Shown in pieces: positions 44,857 to 54,349 of a DNA stretch of 64,000 nucleotides (positions within the stretch are counted from its first letter, which is position 1; every line of letters starts with the position of its first letter). Below the pieces are notes generated by a model. The model saw only the letters and a list, made by a program, of their open reading frames with translations, did not search any database and had not been told where the DNA came from. The DNA comes from a virus, in IMG/VR virus record IMGVR_UViG_3300021478_000015, positions 92,984 to 156,983 of that record; one strand, written 5' to 3'. The translations under genes and the position numbers were made by a program.

Positions 44857-47321
44857 GCGATCCCGGTCCCCGAGGATGGGAATGGGGCGGCCAAGGTGGC
44901 TATGAGGATGTCAGGGGCACCCGTGGCACCACCAATGCTCCGCCCGGTGGAGGCCCCGGAGCCGCCTCGGACCTGCCTGACTCCATCAAGACCCTGGTCT
45001 CGGCTATCGACTCCCTGAAGGGGGTCATCAACACCAGTGCCGGTCAGAACCAGCAGATGAGCCAGTTCATGGCCATGATGATGGGCAAGAGCATGCAGGG
45101 CCAAGCCATGTTCGGCGGAGCGATGTTCCCCGGCGGATTCCCCGGCTTCGGCTCTCCCCATCAGCAGGGCAACGCCACTGTGCCCAACGTGCGGGCCTAC
45201 TTCCCGGACCCCGGCAACCTGGGCTCCTACCGGTCTATGGACAACCCCATGAGCATGCGGGGCACCGGTCGGCCGGGCTCGATGCCGATGCGGGGATCGG
45301 TGACCGGGATCCGGGCGCGAGCGGCCCGAGCCATCTCCACCAACACTTCGGTCTTCGGCACCCGCTTGGAGAGCTTCGCCAATCCCGACACCGGGGAGAT
45401 CGAGACCTACCGTCACACCGGGGAAGACACCGATGGGACCCCCAAGTACGAGAAGGTGAACCCTGCCGATGTGCCCCGATTGCAGAAGCGGGAGCGGGTG
45501 GAGTCAGCGGTGCAGACCGCCATGGGTAGGGCTATCACCGGAGAAGGGCTCAAGGGGGTCACCGACATCGCCGGAGCCCTCATCCCCGACGCCGCCGCCG
45601 GTCCAGTCGGATGGGCCATAGGAGGGGCCACGGTGGCCGGAGAGGTCGGTCTGCAGGCCGCCCATCTAGTGGCCAACCAGCGAGCCAAGAATGCTCAATA
45701 CCAGTCGATCATGGGTGGCTCCAACTTCGCCGGGTTCGGACAACGCATCCAGAGCACCATGTTCGGGATTCGCAATGCCTTCACCCTGGGCAGCGGTCAA
45801 GCCCAGGAGGCCTTTATGGGGGCCACCCAGATGGGTATGCGCGGCAACGAGCGCAACAACGCCCTGAACATGGCGGTCTCGGCCTTCAACAGCATGGGCA
45901 TGAGCGTGTCCCAGTCCCTGGCCGCCATGAACATCCAGGCTCAGTCCGGCTACGAGAACTTCACCGCCCTGGAGCAGTCGCTCAAGGGAGTGACCGCGGC
46001 GGCCAAGGAGACCTCTCAGAACGCCGACGCCGTGCGGCAGAGCTTTATCAACACCCTGGGGGCGGTCACCCAGAATGTCGGTGGGGGAGCCGGAACCAAT
46101 ACCGCGGCGGCGGCCATCTCCACCATGCAAGCTGGTCTCGGTCGTCAGTTCGCCAACGTGAACTTCAGTGGTCTAACCGATCAAAACCGGCTGTACATGA
46201 TGGCTTCGAACGCCGGTCAGGGTATCAACCAGTTTTTGGCGAATGCCACTACCAATCCAAATGTTTTGACCAGTGGCATCAACCGACTACAGAATCAGTT
46301 CCTCGGTAACTTGGGTGGTCAGCAAGCGGTAGCAAATGCTTTGAAGACTGGATATAAGCCGGGCGCTAACGGCAAGTTGGGACCGGCTCAGATCGCCTCC
46401 TTGACCGAGCGGGTGCAGAGCCAGTACGCCCCCGAGCCTGAGATCGCCGCTATCCTGCAGCAAGCCTTGGGCGTGGACACCTCCAGCATGAGCCCCGAGG
46501 CCGTGCTGCAGATGTACACCAACTATCTGGTCGGTAACACGCAACTTCAAGGCCAGAACCCGGCTGGTCCTCAAGCGGTCACCGGAGCCGGACGAGCAGC
46601 CCTGCAGCAGGCCTTCAGCCCGGCTCAGGCGGCTCAGTCGGCGGCCACCTCGGCCGCAGGGGGAGGAGCCCTCACGGCGGCGACATACACCACCCAGGCC
46701 ATCGGAGCAGCGGCCAAGAAGGCCGGGATCAGCGTGGGCAGCCTGAGCGGCAGCCAGGGCAAGCTGCGCGAGGCCTACCTCAAGCAGGTGGGTCAGACCG
46801 GCTCGAACTCCACCATCATCGATCAGTTGCTGCGCGACAAGTCCAACTGGGGCAAGCTCTACACCGTCCAGACGGCCAACGGCGGCCAGGCCACGGTCAG
46901 CTTCCAGGACCTGATCACCAACTACTCCGATCAGGCCGCTTCCGGTGGGGTGACCTTCGCCACCGGCAAAGACGCCTCTGGACAGAGCCTGGCCGGGACC
47001 TCGGTGGCCTCCAAGTACGGCGGTCCCAGTGACGATGCGGCCTACGCCCAGGCGGGCAAGGCGGCCTCGGCTCAGCAGGCCCTCAAGGGCAAGGACCTCT
47101 CGAAGCAGGCCCAGGACTGGGAGACCAAGCAGCAGGGCAAGTCCACCAAGGGCAACAACATCACCATCTCGGCCACCCCGCAGCTACAGCAACTCTTCGG
47201 CTTCGCCCTGAACGGCCAGAGCATCACCGCCTCCACGTCCACCTCCCTGACCCCGGTCACCGGCAACGTCAACAGCGAGAACCTGGCCGGTAGCTCCCCG
47301 GCCACCTACGGGTCCTCCTGA
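44853..47321 (+). CDS. tape measure protein
   Basis: follows the chaperone; A/G/Q-rich helical, 822 aa (implies a short tail). Confidence 0.8.
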   Translation: MSDPGPRGWEWGGQGGYEDVRGTRGTTNAPPGGGPGAASDLPDSIKTLVSAIDSLKGVINTSAGQNQQMSQFMAMMMGKSMQGQAMFGGAMFPGGFPGFGSPHQQGNATVPNVRAYFPDPGNLGSYRSMDNPMSMRGTGRPGSMPMRGSVTGIRARAARAISTNTSVFGTRLESFANPDTGEIETYRHTGEDTDGTPKYEKVNPADVPRLQKRERVESAVQTAMGRAITGEGLKGVTDIAGALIPDAAAGPVGWAIGGATVAGEVGLQAAHLVANQRAKNAQYQSIMGGSNFAGFGQRIQSTMFGIRNAFTLGSGQAQEAFMGATQMGMRGNERNNALNMAVSAFNSMGMSVSQSLAAMNIQAQSGYENFTALEQSLKGVTAAAKETSQNADAVRQSFINTLGAVTQNVGGGAGTNTAAAAISTMQAGLGRQFANVNFSGLTDQNRLYMMASNAGQGINQFLANATTNPNVLTSGINRLQNQFLGNLGGQQAVANALKTGYKPGANGKLGPAQIASLTERVQSQYAPEPEIAAILQQALGVDTSSMSPEAVLQMYTNYLVGNTQLQGQNPAGPQAVTGAGRAALQQAFSPAQAAQSAATSAAGGGALTAATYTTQAIGAAAKKAGISVGSLSGSQGKLREAYLKQVGQTGSNSTIIDQLLRDKSNWGKLYTVQTANGGQATVSFQDLITNYSDQAASGGVTFATGKDASGQSLAGTSVASKYGGPSDDAAYAQAGKAASAQQALKGKDLSKQAQDWETKQQGKSTKGNNITISATPQLQQLFGFALNGQSITASTSTSLTPVTGNVNSENLAGSSPATYGSS

Positions 47322-48517
47322 TGTCGAGTTACGCCCGCGAGAGCTTCCTGAACCGGCAACTGCCGGGGACCATGAACGCCAGCCTCAACGGCATCCCCAT
47401 GCGCCTGAACCCCACCGAGGTGGACATCTCCTACACGGTCAAGACCTCGGAGACGCCCACCCTCGGGGGCATGGTGGTCCAGGTGTACGGCATGGAGATG
47501 GCTGATCTCACCGTCACCGGGACCTTCGGTCGAGGCGGTTACGCCGAGCAACTTGAGTTCCTGCAGAGGATGCTCAACATCGCCGGGTACCAGGCCAACC
47601 AATCCTTTGCCACAGCCGGTGGACCGGTCAGCTTTATCTATCCCAACCGAGGCTACAACTTCCAGGTTTATCTCAAGAGTTACACCTCGCTTGGGGGCAT
47701 GGCTATCGACTACGAGAACACCAACATCGCCCCGGATTGGGAGTTGACACTCTTTGTGGACAACGACAACACAGGCGGTGGGTTCTCCAAGGTGGCCGCC
47801 GATGCCTACATCTCACGCCTCTCCGATGGGCTCGGCTACAAGATCTCCGCCTTCAACGGGCAGATCTCCTCCCAGGACATCGCCGGGTTCCTGGCCGACC
47901 AGGGCTTCGCCAACAACCCGCAGGGGTACCTGAACGCGGCCTTCGGCTCTCCTCGCCAGCAGACCACCACGCAGACCACAGCGGCCTCTGGGACCTCCTC
48001 AGACGGCTCCGCGGCCGCCACCGGGGGCACAGGGGCCGGAAGGTACTCCGGGGCCTCCTGGATGCCGGTAGGGGCCGCTAACCACGGTGGGACCATGACC
48101 GGCCACCTGGGCCTGGTCCTGCACGTCTGCCAGGGCGACGGCAGTCAGTATGGCTGGTTCAACAACCCGGCTAGTGGGGTTTCGGCTCACTTCTGGGTGG
48201 GCAAGGACGGCCACGTCGAGCAGTACGTGGACGGCAACACCGCCGCCAACCACGCCATGGCCGCCAATGGCACCTACAACGGGGTGGAGACCGAGGGCTT
48301 CAACACCGACCCGCTCACCCCCCAGCAGATCACCGCCCTGGCCGGGATCTACAAGTGGGGCATGGCCTCCTATGGCTGGCCCAAGCAACTCTGTGACACC
48401 GTGGGCGGCTCCGGGTTCGCCTGGCACGGCCTCGGCGGCCAGGCCTGGGGCGGGCATATCTACTGCCCCGGTGATCCGCGCAAAGCTCAGCGCGCCGACA
48501 TCTTGAAGCTGGTGTGA
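47321..48517 (+). CDS. tail/baseplate protein with C-terminal N-acetylmuramoyl-L-alanine amidase (Amidase_2) domain
   Basis: LVLH..SAHFWV..DG..EQYV..HA..GVETEG..H..CPG. Confidence 0.8.
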   Translation: MSSYARESFLNRQLPGTMNASLNGIPMRLNPTEVDISYTVKTSETPTLGGMVVQVYGMEMADLTVTGTFGRGGYAEQLEFLQRMLNIAGYQANQSFATAGGPVSFIYPNRGYNFQVYLKSYTSLGGMAIDYENTNIAPDWELTLFVDNDNTGGGFSKVAADAYISRLSDGLGYKISAFNGQISSQDIAGFLADQGFANNPQGYLNAAFGSPRQQTTTQTTAASGTSSDGSAAATGGTGAGRYSGASWMPVGAANHGGTMTGHLGLVLHVCQGDGSQYGWFNNPASGVSAHFWVGKDGHVEQYVDGNTAANHAMAANGTYNGVETEGFNTDPLTPQQITALAGIYKWGMASYGWPKQLCDTVGGSGFAWHGLGGQAWGGHIYCPGDPRKAQRADILKLV

Positions 48518-48518
48518 G

Positions 48519-49736
48519 ATGACCTTCGTCCCCTACGCCAAGCAGAGCTTCTTGAATCGGAAGCTGGCCGGGACCATGAACGCCTCGCTCAATGGGGTGC
48601 CCATGCGGCTCAACCCCATGAGCGTGCAGCTTGACTACACGGTCAAGACCTCCGAGACCCCGACATTGGGCGGCATGGTGGTGCAGATCTTCGGGATCGA
48701 GATGAGCGACCTCACCGTGACCGGCACCTTCGGGACAGGTGGCTATCAGGAGCAACTGGCCTTCCTCAACCGCATGCTGGCCATCGCCAGCATGCAATCC
48801 AACCAGACCATCCAGACGCCATCACCATCGCAGCCGGTGCGCTTCGTCTATCCCAACCGGGGGTTCGACTTCCAGGTCTATCTCAAGGATTACACCTCGG
48901 CCAGCGGCATGGCCATCGACTACGAAAACACCAACATCGCTCCGGACTGGCAACTCACCTTGTTCGTGGACAACGACAACCTGGGTGGAGGATTGGCCAA
49001 GGTAGCGGCCGATGCTTACATCCAGCGTCTCTCCAATGGCCTGGGCTATGCCATCTCCGTTTACAACGGCCAGATCTCGGCCAACGACATCGCTGGCTTC
49101 CTGGCCGATCAAGGCTTCGCTAACAATCCTCAGGGCTATCTGAACGCGGCCTTCGGAGGAGCCCAACAGCAGACCACCACCACCACCCCCGATGCTGGGA
49201 GTGGGGCTGCTCCGGCGGGCGGTGGCAGCCCGGCCACCTCGGCCGATCCGAACATGACCATCCTCGGCCCCAGCACCGCCACCGCCAACCAGATGAACCA
49301 GTTCTGGGGTGGTCGAGGCCAGCCCGGCAACCTGCAGGCCCCCATCCTCGATGTCATGGGCTGGTACCTCTCCGAGGGCACGGCCCAGAACGTGCGAGGC
49401 GACGTGGCCTTCGCCCAGGCCTGCTGGGAGACCGGCTACTTCACCAACAACGACACCAAGCTCAACAACTACGCCGGGATCGGCCACCCCGTCTCGGCTC
49501 CATCGGGGCTGGACTTCTCCAGCCCCCAGATGGGCGTGCGCGCCCAGATCCAGCTTCTGTACCGGGTGGTCAAGGGCAACTCCGCTCCCCTGGCCAACCC
49601 GGTGGTCGCCCCCACCTGGGGCGGCAAGAACGTCTCCACCTGGGAGGGCCTGGGCGGCAACTGGGCTGCCGACACCACTTATCCGGCTGACATCATGAGC
49701 ATCTATTCCAAAATACTGTCTGCGAGTAAGTCATGA
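48519..49736 (+). CDS. paralogous tail/baseplate protein with C-terminal glucosaminidase (GH73-like) domain
   Basis: AFAQACWETG.F..NNYAGIG..F.S...GVRAQIQ..WAAD..Y. Confidence 0.8.
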   Translation: MTFVPYAKQSFLNRKLAGTMNASLNGVPMRLNPMSVQLDYTVKTSETPTLGGMVVQIFGIEMSDLTVTGTFGTGGYQEQLAFLNRMLAIASMQSNQTIQTPSPSQPVRFVYPNRGFDFQVYLKDYTSASGMAIDYENTNIAPDWQLTLFVDNDNLGGGLAKVAADAYIQRLSNGLGYAISVYNGQISANDIAGFLADQGFANNPQGYLNAAFGGAQQQTTTTTPDAGSGAAPAGGGSPATSADPNMTILGPSTATANQMNQFWGGRGQPGNLQAPILDVMGWYLSEGTAQNVRGDVAFAQACWETGYFTNNDTKLNNYAGIGHPVSAPSGLDFSSPQMGVRAQIQLLYRVVKGNSAPLANPVVAPTWGGKNVSTWEGLGGNWAADTTYPADIMSIYSKILSASKS

Positions 49737-49966
49737 CTGCAAGCAAATACTGGATCGCTGATACCCCCATTTCCATGCCTCGTCCACCGACCGTGCAACG
49801 ACCGGTGGTGCATGTCTTTGAGGGCACCGGCTTCGGGCTTACCACCTACGGTCTCACCGTGGCTCTCTCCGACGCCGATCGGGACGAGATGCTGTCGGGC
49901 TTCTTCGGGCCTCCTGGCACGGCTATCACGGGGACCGGTGATGTCCCGGTGCAAGGACCGACCTGA
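49733..49966 (+). CDS. hypothetical protein
   Basis: overlaps both neighbours by ATGA/TGATG. Confidence 0.55.
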   Translation: MTASKYWIADTPISMPRPPTVQRPVVHVFEGTGFGLTTYGLTVALSDADRDEMLSGFFGPPGTAITGTGDVPVQGPT

Positions 49967-50643
49967 TGGCGGGTGAGAACCTCATCCTGTCCTGGGGCAG
50001 GAATACCTGGAGGCTCAAATGCACCCGCATCCTCTACGGCCCCAACATCATCTCCACCCAGGACTCTGGTCAGGGTGGCATCCACTACGGCGGCTACGCG
50101 GCCAAGGCCATCTACGTCCGTCAGTACTTCATGTCAACGGTGGGCGTCACCGTGATCCACTCCACCTGGGAGGACCGGGAAGCCTTCGTCAACTGGTGCA
50201 TCTCCTACGGCAAATACATCTCCTCTCAGACCGGTATTCCCATTCCTATGCGGATTCAGGGACCCAGAAAGTTCGACTATTACGGGGTCTTAACTGAGGG
50301 ATTTGGTCGCTCTAATGCGGTCACAGATCTAGCTTATACGATGAATCTCACCTTCCGGGGCAGCCAACCCACGGTAGGAGGGAAGCCGATCTTCGGCGGC
50401 GGATCTGCGGTCCCTAATCCTCCGGCCAGTCTGGGCGGAGCCAATAGCAAGTTTTATCCCTTTGAGATCCTGCCCGCCGGTCCGCCTACCGCTGAAGCGG
50501 CGCTCTACAACGCTCCTCTCAACGACAGCGGGGGCTTCTCCGCCACCCTGCCTCCCAATGTGAACAACCCGTCCAGCCAAAACAACTCCGTCCTGAACAC
50601 CTCGATACCGGGTCATCCCGGCAAGGGGGCGGTGAACGACTAA
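49966..50643 (+). CDS. baseplate-region protein
   Basis: translationally coupled, between the lysin paralogs and the hub. Confidence 0.65.
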   Translation: MAGENLILSWGRNTWRLKCTRILYGPNIISTQDSGQGGIHYGGYAAKAIYVRQYFMSTVGVTVIHSTWEDREAFVNWCISYGKYISSQTGIPIPMRIQGPRKFDYYGVLTEGFGRSNAVTDLAYTMNLTFRGSQPTVGGKPIFGGGSAVPNPPASLGGANSKFYPFEILPAGPPTAEAALYNAPLNDSGGFSATLPPNVNNPSSQNNSVLNTSIPGHPGKGAVND

Positions 50644-53111
50644 TGGGTATCTTCGTCTATTCACCAAGCATCCGCATGCTGATCGAGGCCTCTTCCACCA
50701 ACACCACCATCGATGTCTCCGAGGACATCACGGCCGGACAGGTGCAGCTTCGCGAGAACGGGCTGCACACCATGAGCATTGGCTTGCTCAACAAACGGCG
50801 TAAGTACGACCGGGCCTTCTCACCCAACGATCGCTTCGTGATCTACATGAAGCGCATCCAGGAGATGCTGGTCATGACTGGCTATCTCAACGTGGTGCCT
50901 TACGTCACCGCCTGGCAGCGGACCATCACCCTGACTGGGTCCTGCGCCAACAAGAAGCTCCTGTACCACTACTGGGATCCTGGCACCCAGGCCGCCTTGA
51001 ATCTGTTGTCGGCCAACGGCAATCTGGGGGATCAGGTCACCGCCGCCGATGGTGGGATCTCGGAGAAGCTCAATCAAGTCCTCATCCAGGTGGCCGGGAT
51101 GAATCCTGCCGAGATCCACATCGGTCAGATCCCCACCAACTGGGTGCGGAAGATCACCACTCTCTACAACGCCGTCGAGAGCCAGGTGGGCAACCTATGG
51201 GCCACCCTGGGTGGCTCCAATACCAACGGCAGCACCAAGACCACGCCCTCGACCAATGCGGGCGGGGTCCTGGGCGTGACCACCCTCCCTGACACCCCTC
51301 CAGGAGCCGAGCTTCCTACCACCATGGGGGGAGTGACCTCCAAGCCGCCGCTCACCACCGGGGTCCAGCCTGAGCGCGATGACAACTGGATCGCCATGCA
51401 ATGGGGCTTCCGTATGCCTCCTGATGGCAACTACAACACCCCTGGCATCGACAAGGTCAAAGCCGGGAACTGGCTAGCCAAGCAGAAGCTCATTGTCACC
51501 AATGGCGACAACAACGTCTCAGCCGTGGTCTATGTCACCGGCTGGGGACCCTCCTATCCGGCCGCTAATCCGGTCTCCACCTCCATCCCTGGTCATCCTG
51601 GCAAAGGTGAATCACCGGACCCGGTGGCGGCGGTACCCAACCCGGCCAGTATGTGCCTCAGCAAGAACCTGATGAAGAAGCTGGGGCTGAGTGAAGGTGC
51701 CGACGCCGAGGTGGCTTGGGTCGCGCCCGCCCATCTGGCCACTACTCCGTTTGGCATCATCACCGCGGCGCAGGCTAAGACGGAGACGACCTACTCGGCC
51801 GACAACACCTACTCCTCGGCGGCCAACGCCCAGGTGCAGACGGTTTCAGTGGCTGGAGTGAACGCCGCCAACTGGGCTTATGCCAAGTGTACGGCTCAGC
51901 CTCCTGTTCCCTATGTCTACGGTGGTACTGGGCCTAATGGCTACGATTGTTCTGGGCTTACCGGTCAGGCTTGGCTCAATGGTGGCAAGGTCACCATCCC
52001 TCGTACTTCTCAAGATCAATACGCGGCTTTGCATGTGCCGAATCTCACCGAAGCCCAACTGGAGCCCGGCGATCTGATCTTCTACGAGGGAGTGCCGCCG
52101 GGGCACGTCACCATGTGGCTGGGCGGGGGTCAGATGGCCGAGGCCCCTCACACCGGCACCAACCTGCATGTGACCACCTACCGGACCGACTCGGTGGGCT
52201 TCGGGCGGCCCTCCAACGCCGACGTGGTGGCCGGGACCACCACCATCCCGGCCGGGAGCACGGCCGGATCCGCCACCGCCGGTCAGACCACCACCGGCAG
52301 CACCCTGCTCACCGAGTGGGACTGGTTCGGCCAGGGACCTGATCCGCTGACCATGATCCTGTCCGGGGTCCGCTCCCTGATGAACGACACGCCCCTGCTG
52401 CCCTTCATTAGCATGCTGGTGAACACCTCGTTGCGATCGTGGTGCTCGGCCCCCAACGGCGACTTCATCGCCTGGTTCCCGGACTACTTCGGGGCCTATG
52501 GCACCGCCGCGGTCATGGAGGTGCAGCCGATAGAGCTACAGGACTTCACCGTGGTCTGGAGCGATGAGAATCTGGTCACCCACCAGTTCACGGCCGGAAC
52601 CTACGTGCCCTCCTTGTTCGGCTCTCAGCCCGGTGGTCCGACCGCCATGGGCAACATGGCTCAGACCATGGGCATCGCCACCGTGGAGTCGCCTGCCATC
52701 CTTCAGGCCCTTCTCCAACTCAGCCCCAAGGACATGGGGCCGGACGGCAAGGGCACCAAGATCACCAAGGTCCTCCTGAACCGTTTCGGGGTGCGACCCA
52801 ACTTCACGCCCATGTCCACGCTGGTGGGGCACATGGCTGAGTTCTGGTACGCCCTCTTCCTCTTCCAGTTGAACTGGGCGCAGCAGTTCAACACGGTGAT
52901 CCCCATCACCTTCATGCCCGAGCTTTACCCCGGCATGCTCATCAAGCTGCCCCAGTTCGGCTTCCAGTGTTACGTCACCGGAGTGACCCACAACTTCAAC
53001 CTGACCCAGGGCGGAGGGTTCACCACCCAGGTGTACGTGATGGCTCCCTCCTCGACCTCAGGAGGCGGGCTCCTGGGTCTGGCCAAGGGCGGATTCGAGG
53101 CCTTGGTATGA
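50643..53111 (+). CDS. baseplate hub protein with NlpC/P60 peptidase domain
   Basis: YVYGG.GP.GYDCSGL..PRTS..PGDLIF..GHV; hub-like N- and C-termini (FMPELYPGM..YVTGVTH). Confidence 0.8.
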   Translation: MGIFVYSPSIRMLIEASSTNTTIDVSEDITAGQVQLRENGLHTMSIGLLNKRRKYDRAFSPNDRFVIYMKRIQEMLVMTGYLNVVPYVTAWQRTITLTGSCANKKLLYHYWDPGTQAALNLLSANGNLGDQVTAADGGISEKLNQVLIQVAGMNPAEIHIGQIPTNWVRKITTLYNAVESQVGNLWATLGGSNTNGSTKTTPSTNAGGVLGVTTLPDTPPGAELPTTMGGVTSKPPLTTGVQPERDDNWIAMQWGFRMPPDGNYNTPGIDKVKAGNWLAKQKLIVTNGDNNVSAVVYVTGWGPSYPAANPVSTSIPGHPGKGESPDPVAAVPNPASMCLSKNLMKKLGLSEGADAEVAWVAPAHLATTPFGIITAAQAKTETTYSADNTYSSAANAQVQTVSVAGVNAANWAYAKCTAQPPVPYVYGGTGPNGYDCSGLTGQAWLNGGKVTIPRTSQDQYAALHVPNLTEAQLEPGDLIFYEGVPPGHVTMWLGGGQMAEAPHTGTNLHVTTYRTDSVGFGRPSNADVVAGTTTIPAGSTAGSATAGQTTTGSTLLTEWDWFGQGPDPLTMILSGVRSLMNDTPLLPFISMLVNTSLRSWCSAPNGDFIAWFPDYFGAYGTAAVMEVQPIELQDFTVVWSDENLVTHQFTAGTYVPSLFGSQPGGPTAMGNMAQTMGIATVESPAILQALLQLSPKDMGPDGKGTKITKVLLNRFGVRPNFTPMSTLVGHMAEFWYALFLFQLNWAQQFNTVIPITFMPELYPGMLIKLPQFGFQCYVTGVTHNFNLTQGGGFTTQVYVMAPSSTSGGGLLGLAKGGFEALV

Positions 53112-53899
53112 GCCCGATCCAGGAGCGCAACCCTCAGGCCGCGGTGGCCAACCGCTCGGGCCAGCTAGGGGTCTACCGGGTCATCGTCACCGGCATCGAC
53201 ATGACCAAGGTGGGGCAGCCCAACAATGATCCGAAGGGCATGGCCAATACCGTGGACACCTTCGGCCACTTGCGTCAGATCGGGATGTCCATGGTCGTCG
53301 GCTCGGGGGCCATCCCGCAGGTGGGTGAGACCTGGATCATCAACCAGGCGCTCGGCTCCTGGACCTTCCTGTCGCGCCAGGTCCCCGACACCCCGATCGT
53401 GTACTCCTTCTACTCCCTGGCCGAGGGCCTGGAGGACCTGGGGCTGATCGACTATCAGGGTCCGGCTGCGCCGCCGGTTCCGTTCAAGAACGTGAATACC
53501 GTCGCTCAGAACCTGGCGGCGACGGCCAATATCACCACCTACGCTCCGCTTCCAACGCCCATGGTCAGCAATGTTGTTGTGACAGCAGGCAACTGGCTGT
53601 GCTTGTTTGTGATCACCGTTTACATCAACACCACCTCCAACAATACCGAAGTGGCTCTAGCTATGAACGTGAGCGGTGGCACTAACATTCCGGCGGGTAG
53701 TCGCACCGAGGATCGTCTTCATGTGTTGGCCAAATCACCTATCGGCTCCAGTATCAATCAGGTGGTATGGGCCGTAGTCAACCCTGGATCGAATCGATTT
53801 GAAGTGCAACATTCCGGTCAGGCTTGCACCATCAGTGATCTGGCCTTCAGCTTCATCCCGCTTTTGCTGTTGCCAGTTGGGTTCACTCTCAATGTCTAG
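53108..53899 (+). CDS. baseplate spike/gpV-like protein with C-terminal beta domain
   Basis: ATGA overlap at 53108; IPQVGETW OB-fold-like motif; position before the gp25-like gene. Confidence 0.55.
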   Translation: MSPIQERNPQAAVANRSGQLGVYRVIVTGIDMTKVGQPNNDPKGMANTVDTFGHLRQIGMSMVVGSGAIPQVGETWIINQALGSWTFLSRQVPDTPIVYSFYSLAEGLEDLGLIDYQGPAAPPVPFKNVNTVAQNLAATANITTYAPLPTPMVSNVVVTAGNWLCLFVITVYINTTSNNTEVALAMNVSGGTNIPAGSRTEDRLHVLAKSPIGSSINQVVWAVVNPGSNRFEVQHSGQACTISDLAFSFIPLLLLPVGFTLNV

Positions 53900-53917
53900 A
53901 TAAGAGAAAGCATTCGA

Positions 53918-54349
53918 ATGTTCACTCTGCTGATCCAGAACGGAGACCTTCAGATCGGGGCCAATGGCTTCGCCGCCCTCAACGGCTCCCAGAAGGTCTA
54001 TCAGGATCTCACCATCGCCAGCCTGGAACCGCTCGGATGTGATCGCTTCCACCCCCGGTGGGGATCCATGCTCTACACCTACATCGGTGACGCCATCACC
54101 GCGGTGGAAGAGTCGATGATCGAGGCGGAGATCTCCCGGTTGGTGAACAACTACATCCTGGTGCAGCAGGACAACATCGCCAGTGAGGCCTCTCTCGGCT
54201 TGCAGAGCCAGTATTCCAGCAATGAAGTGGTGGGCTCGGTTGAGAGTATCGACGTTATCCAAAACCAGGACTATCTCAGTGTGAACGTCTTGGTCCAGAC
54301 CATCTCAGGAGAACAGGTGACCCTCCAGAGCACCGTGAGCAACGCCTGA
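53918..54349 (+). CDS. baseplate wedge/sheath initiator (gp25-like)
   Basis: GDL..DRFHP.WGS.L..IG motif; 143 aa. Confidence 0.8.
   Translation: MFTLLIQNGDLQIGANGFAALNGSQKVYQDLTIASLEPLGCDRFHPRWGSMLYTYIGDAITAVEESMIEAEISRLVNNYILVQQDNIASEASLGLQSQYSSNEVVGSVESIDVIQNQDYLSVNVLVQTISGEQVTLQSTVSNA

Noticed and set aside
47321-49736. calling the amidase and GH73 genes the lysis endolysins
   Set aside because: Both are fused to a structural N-terminal domain and sit between the tape measure and hub genes, which fits virion-associated hydrolases.
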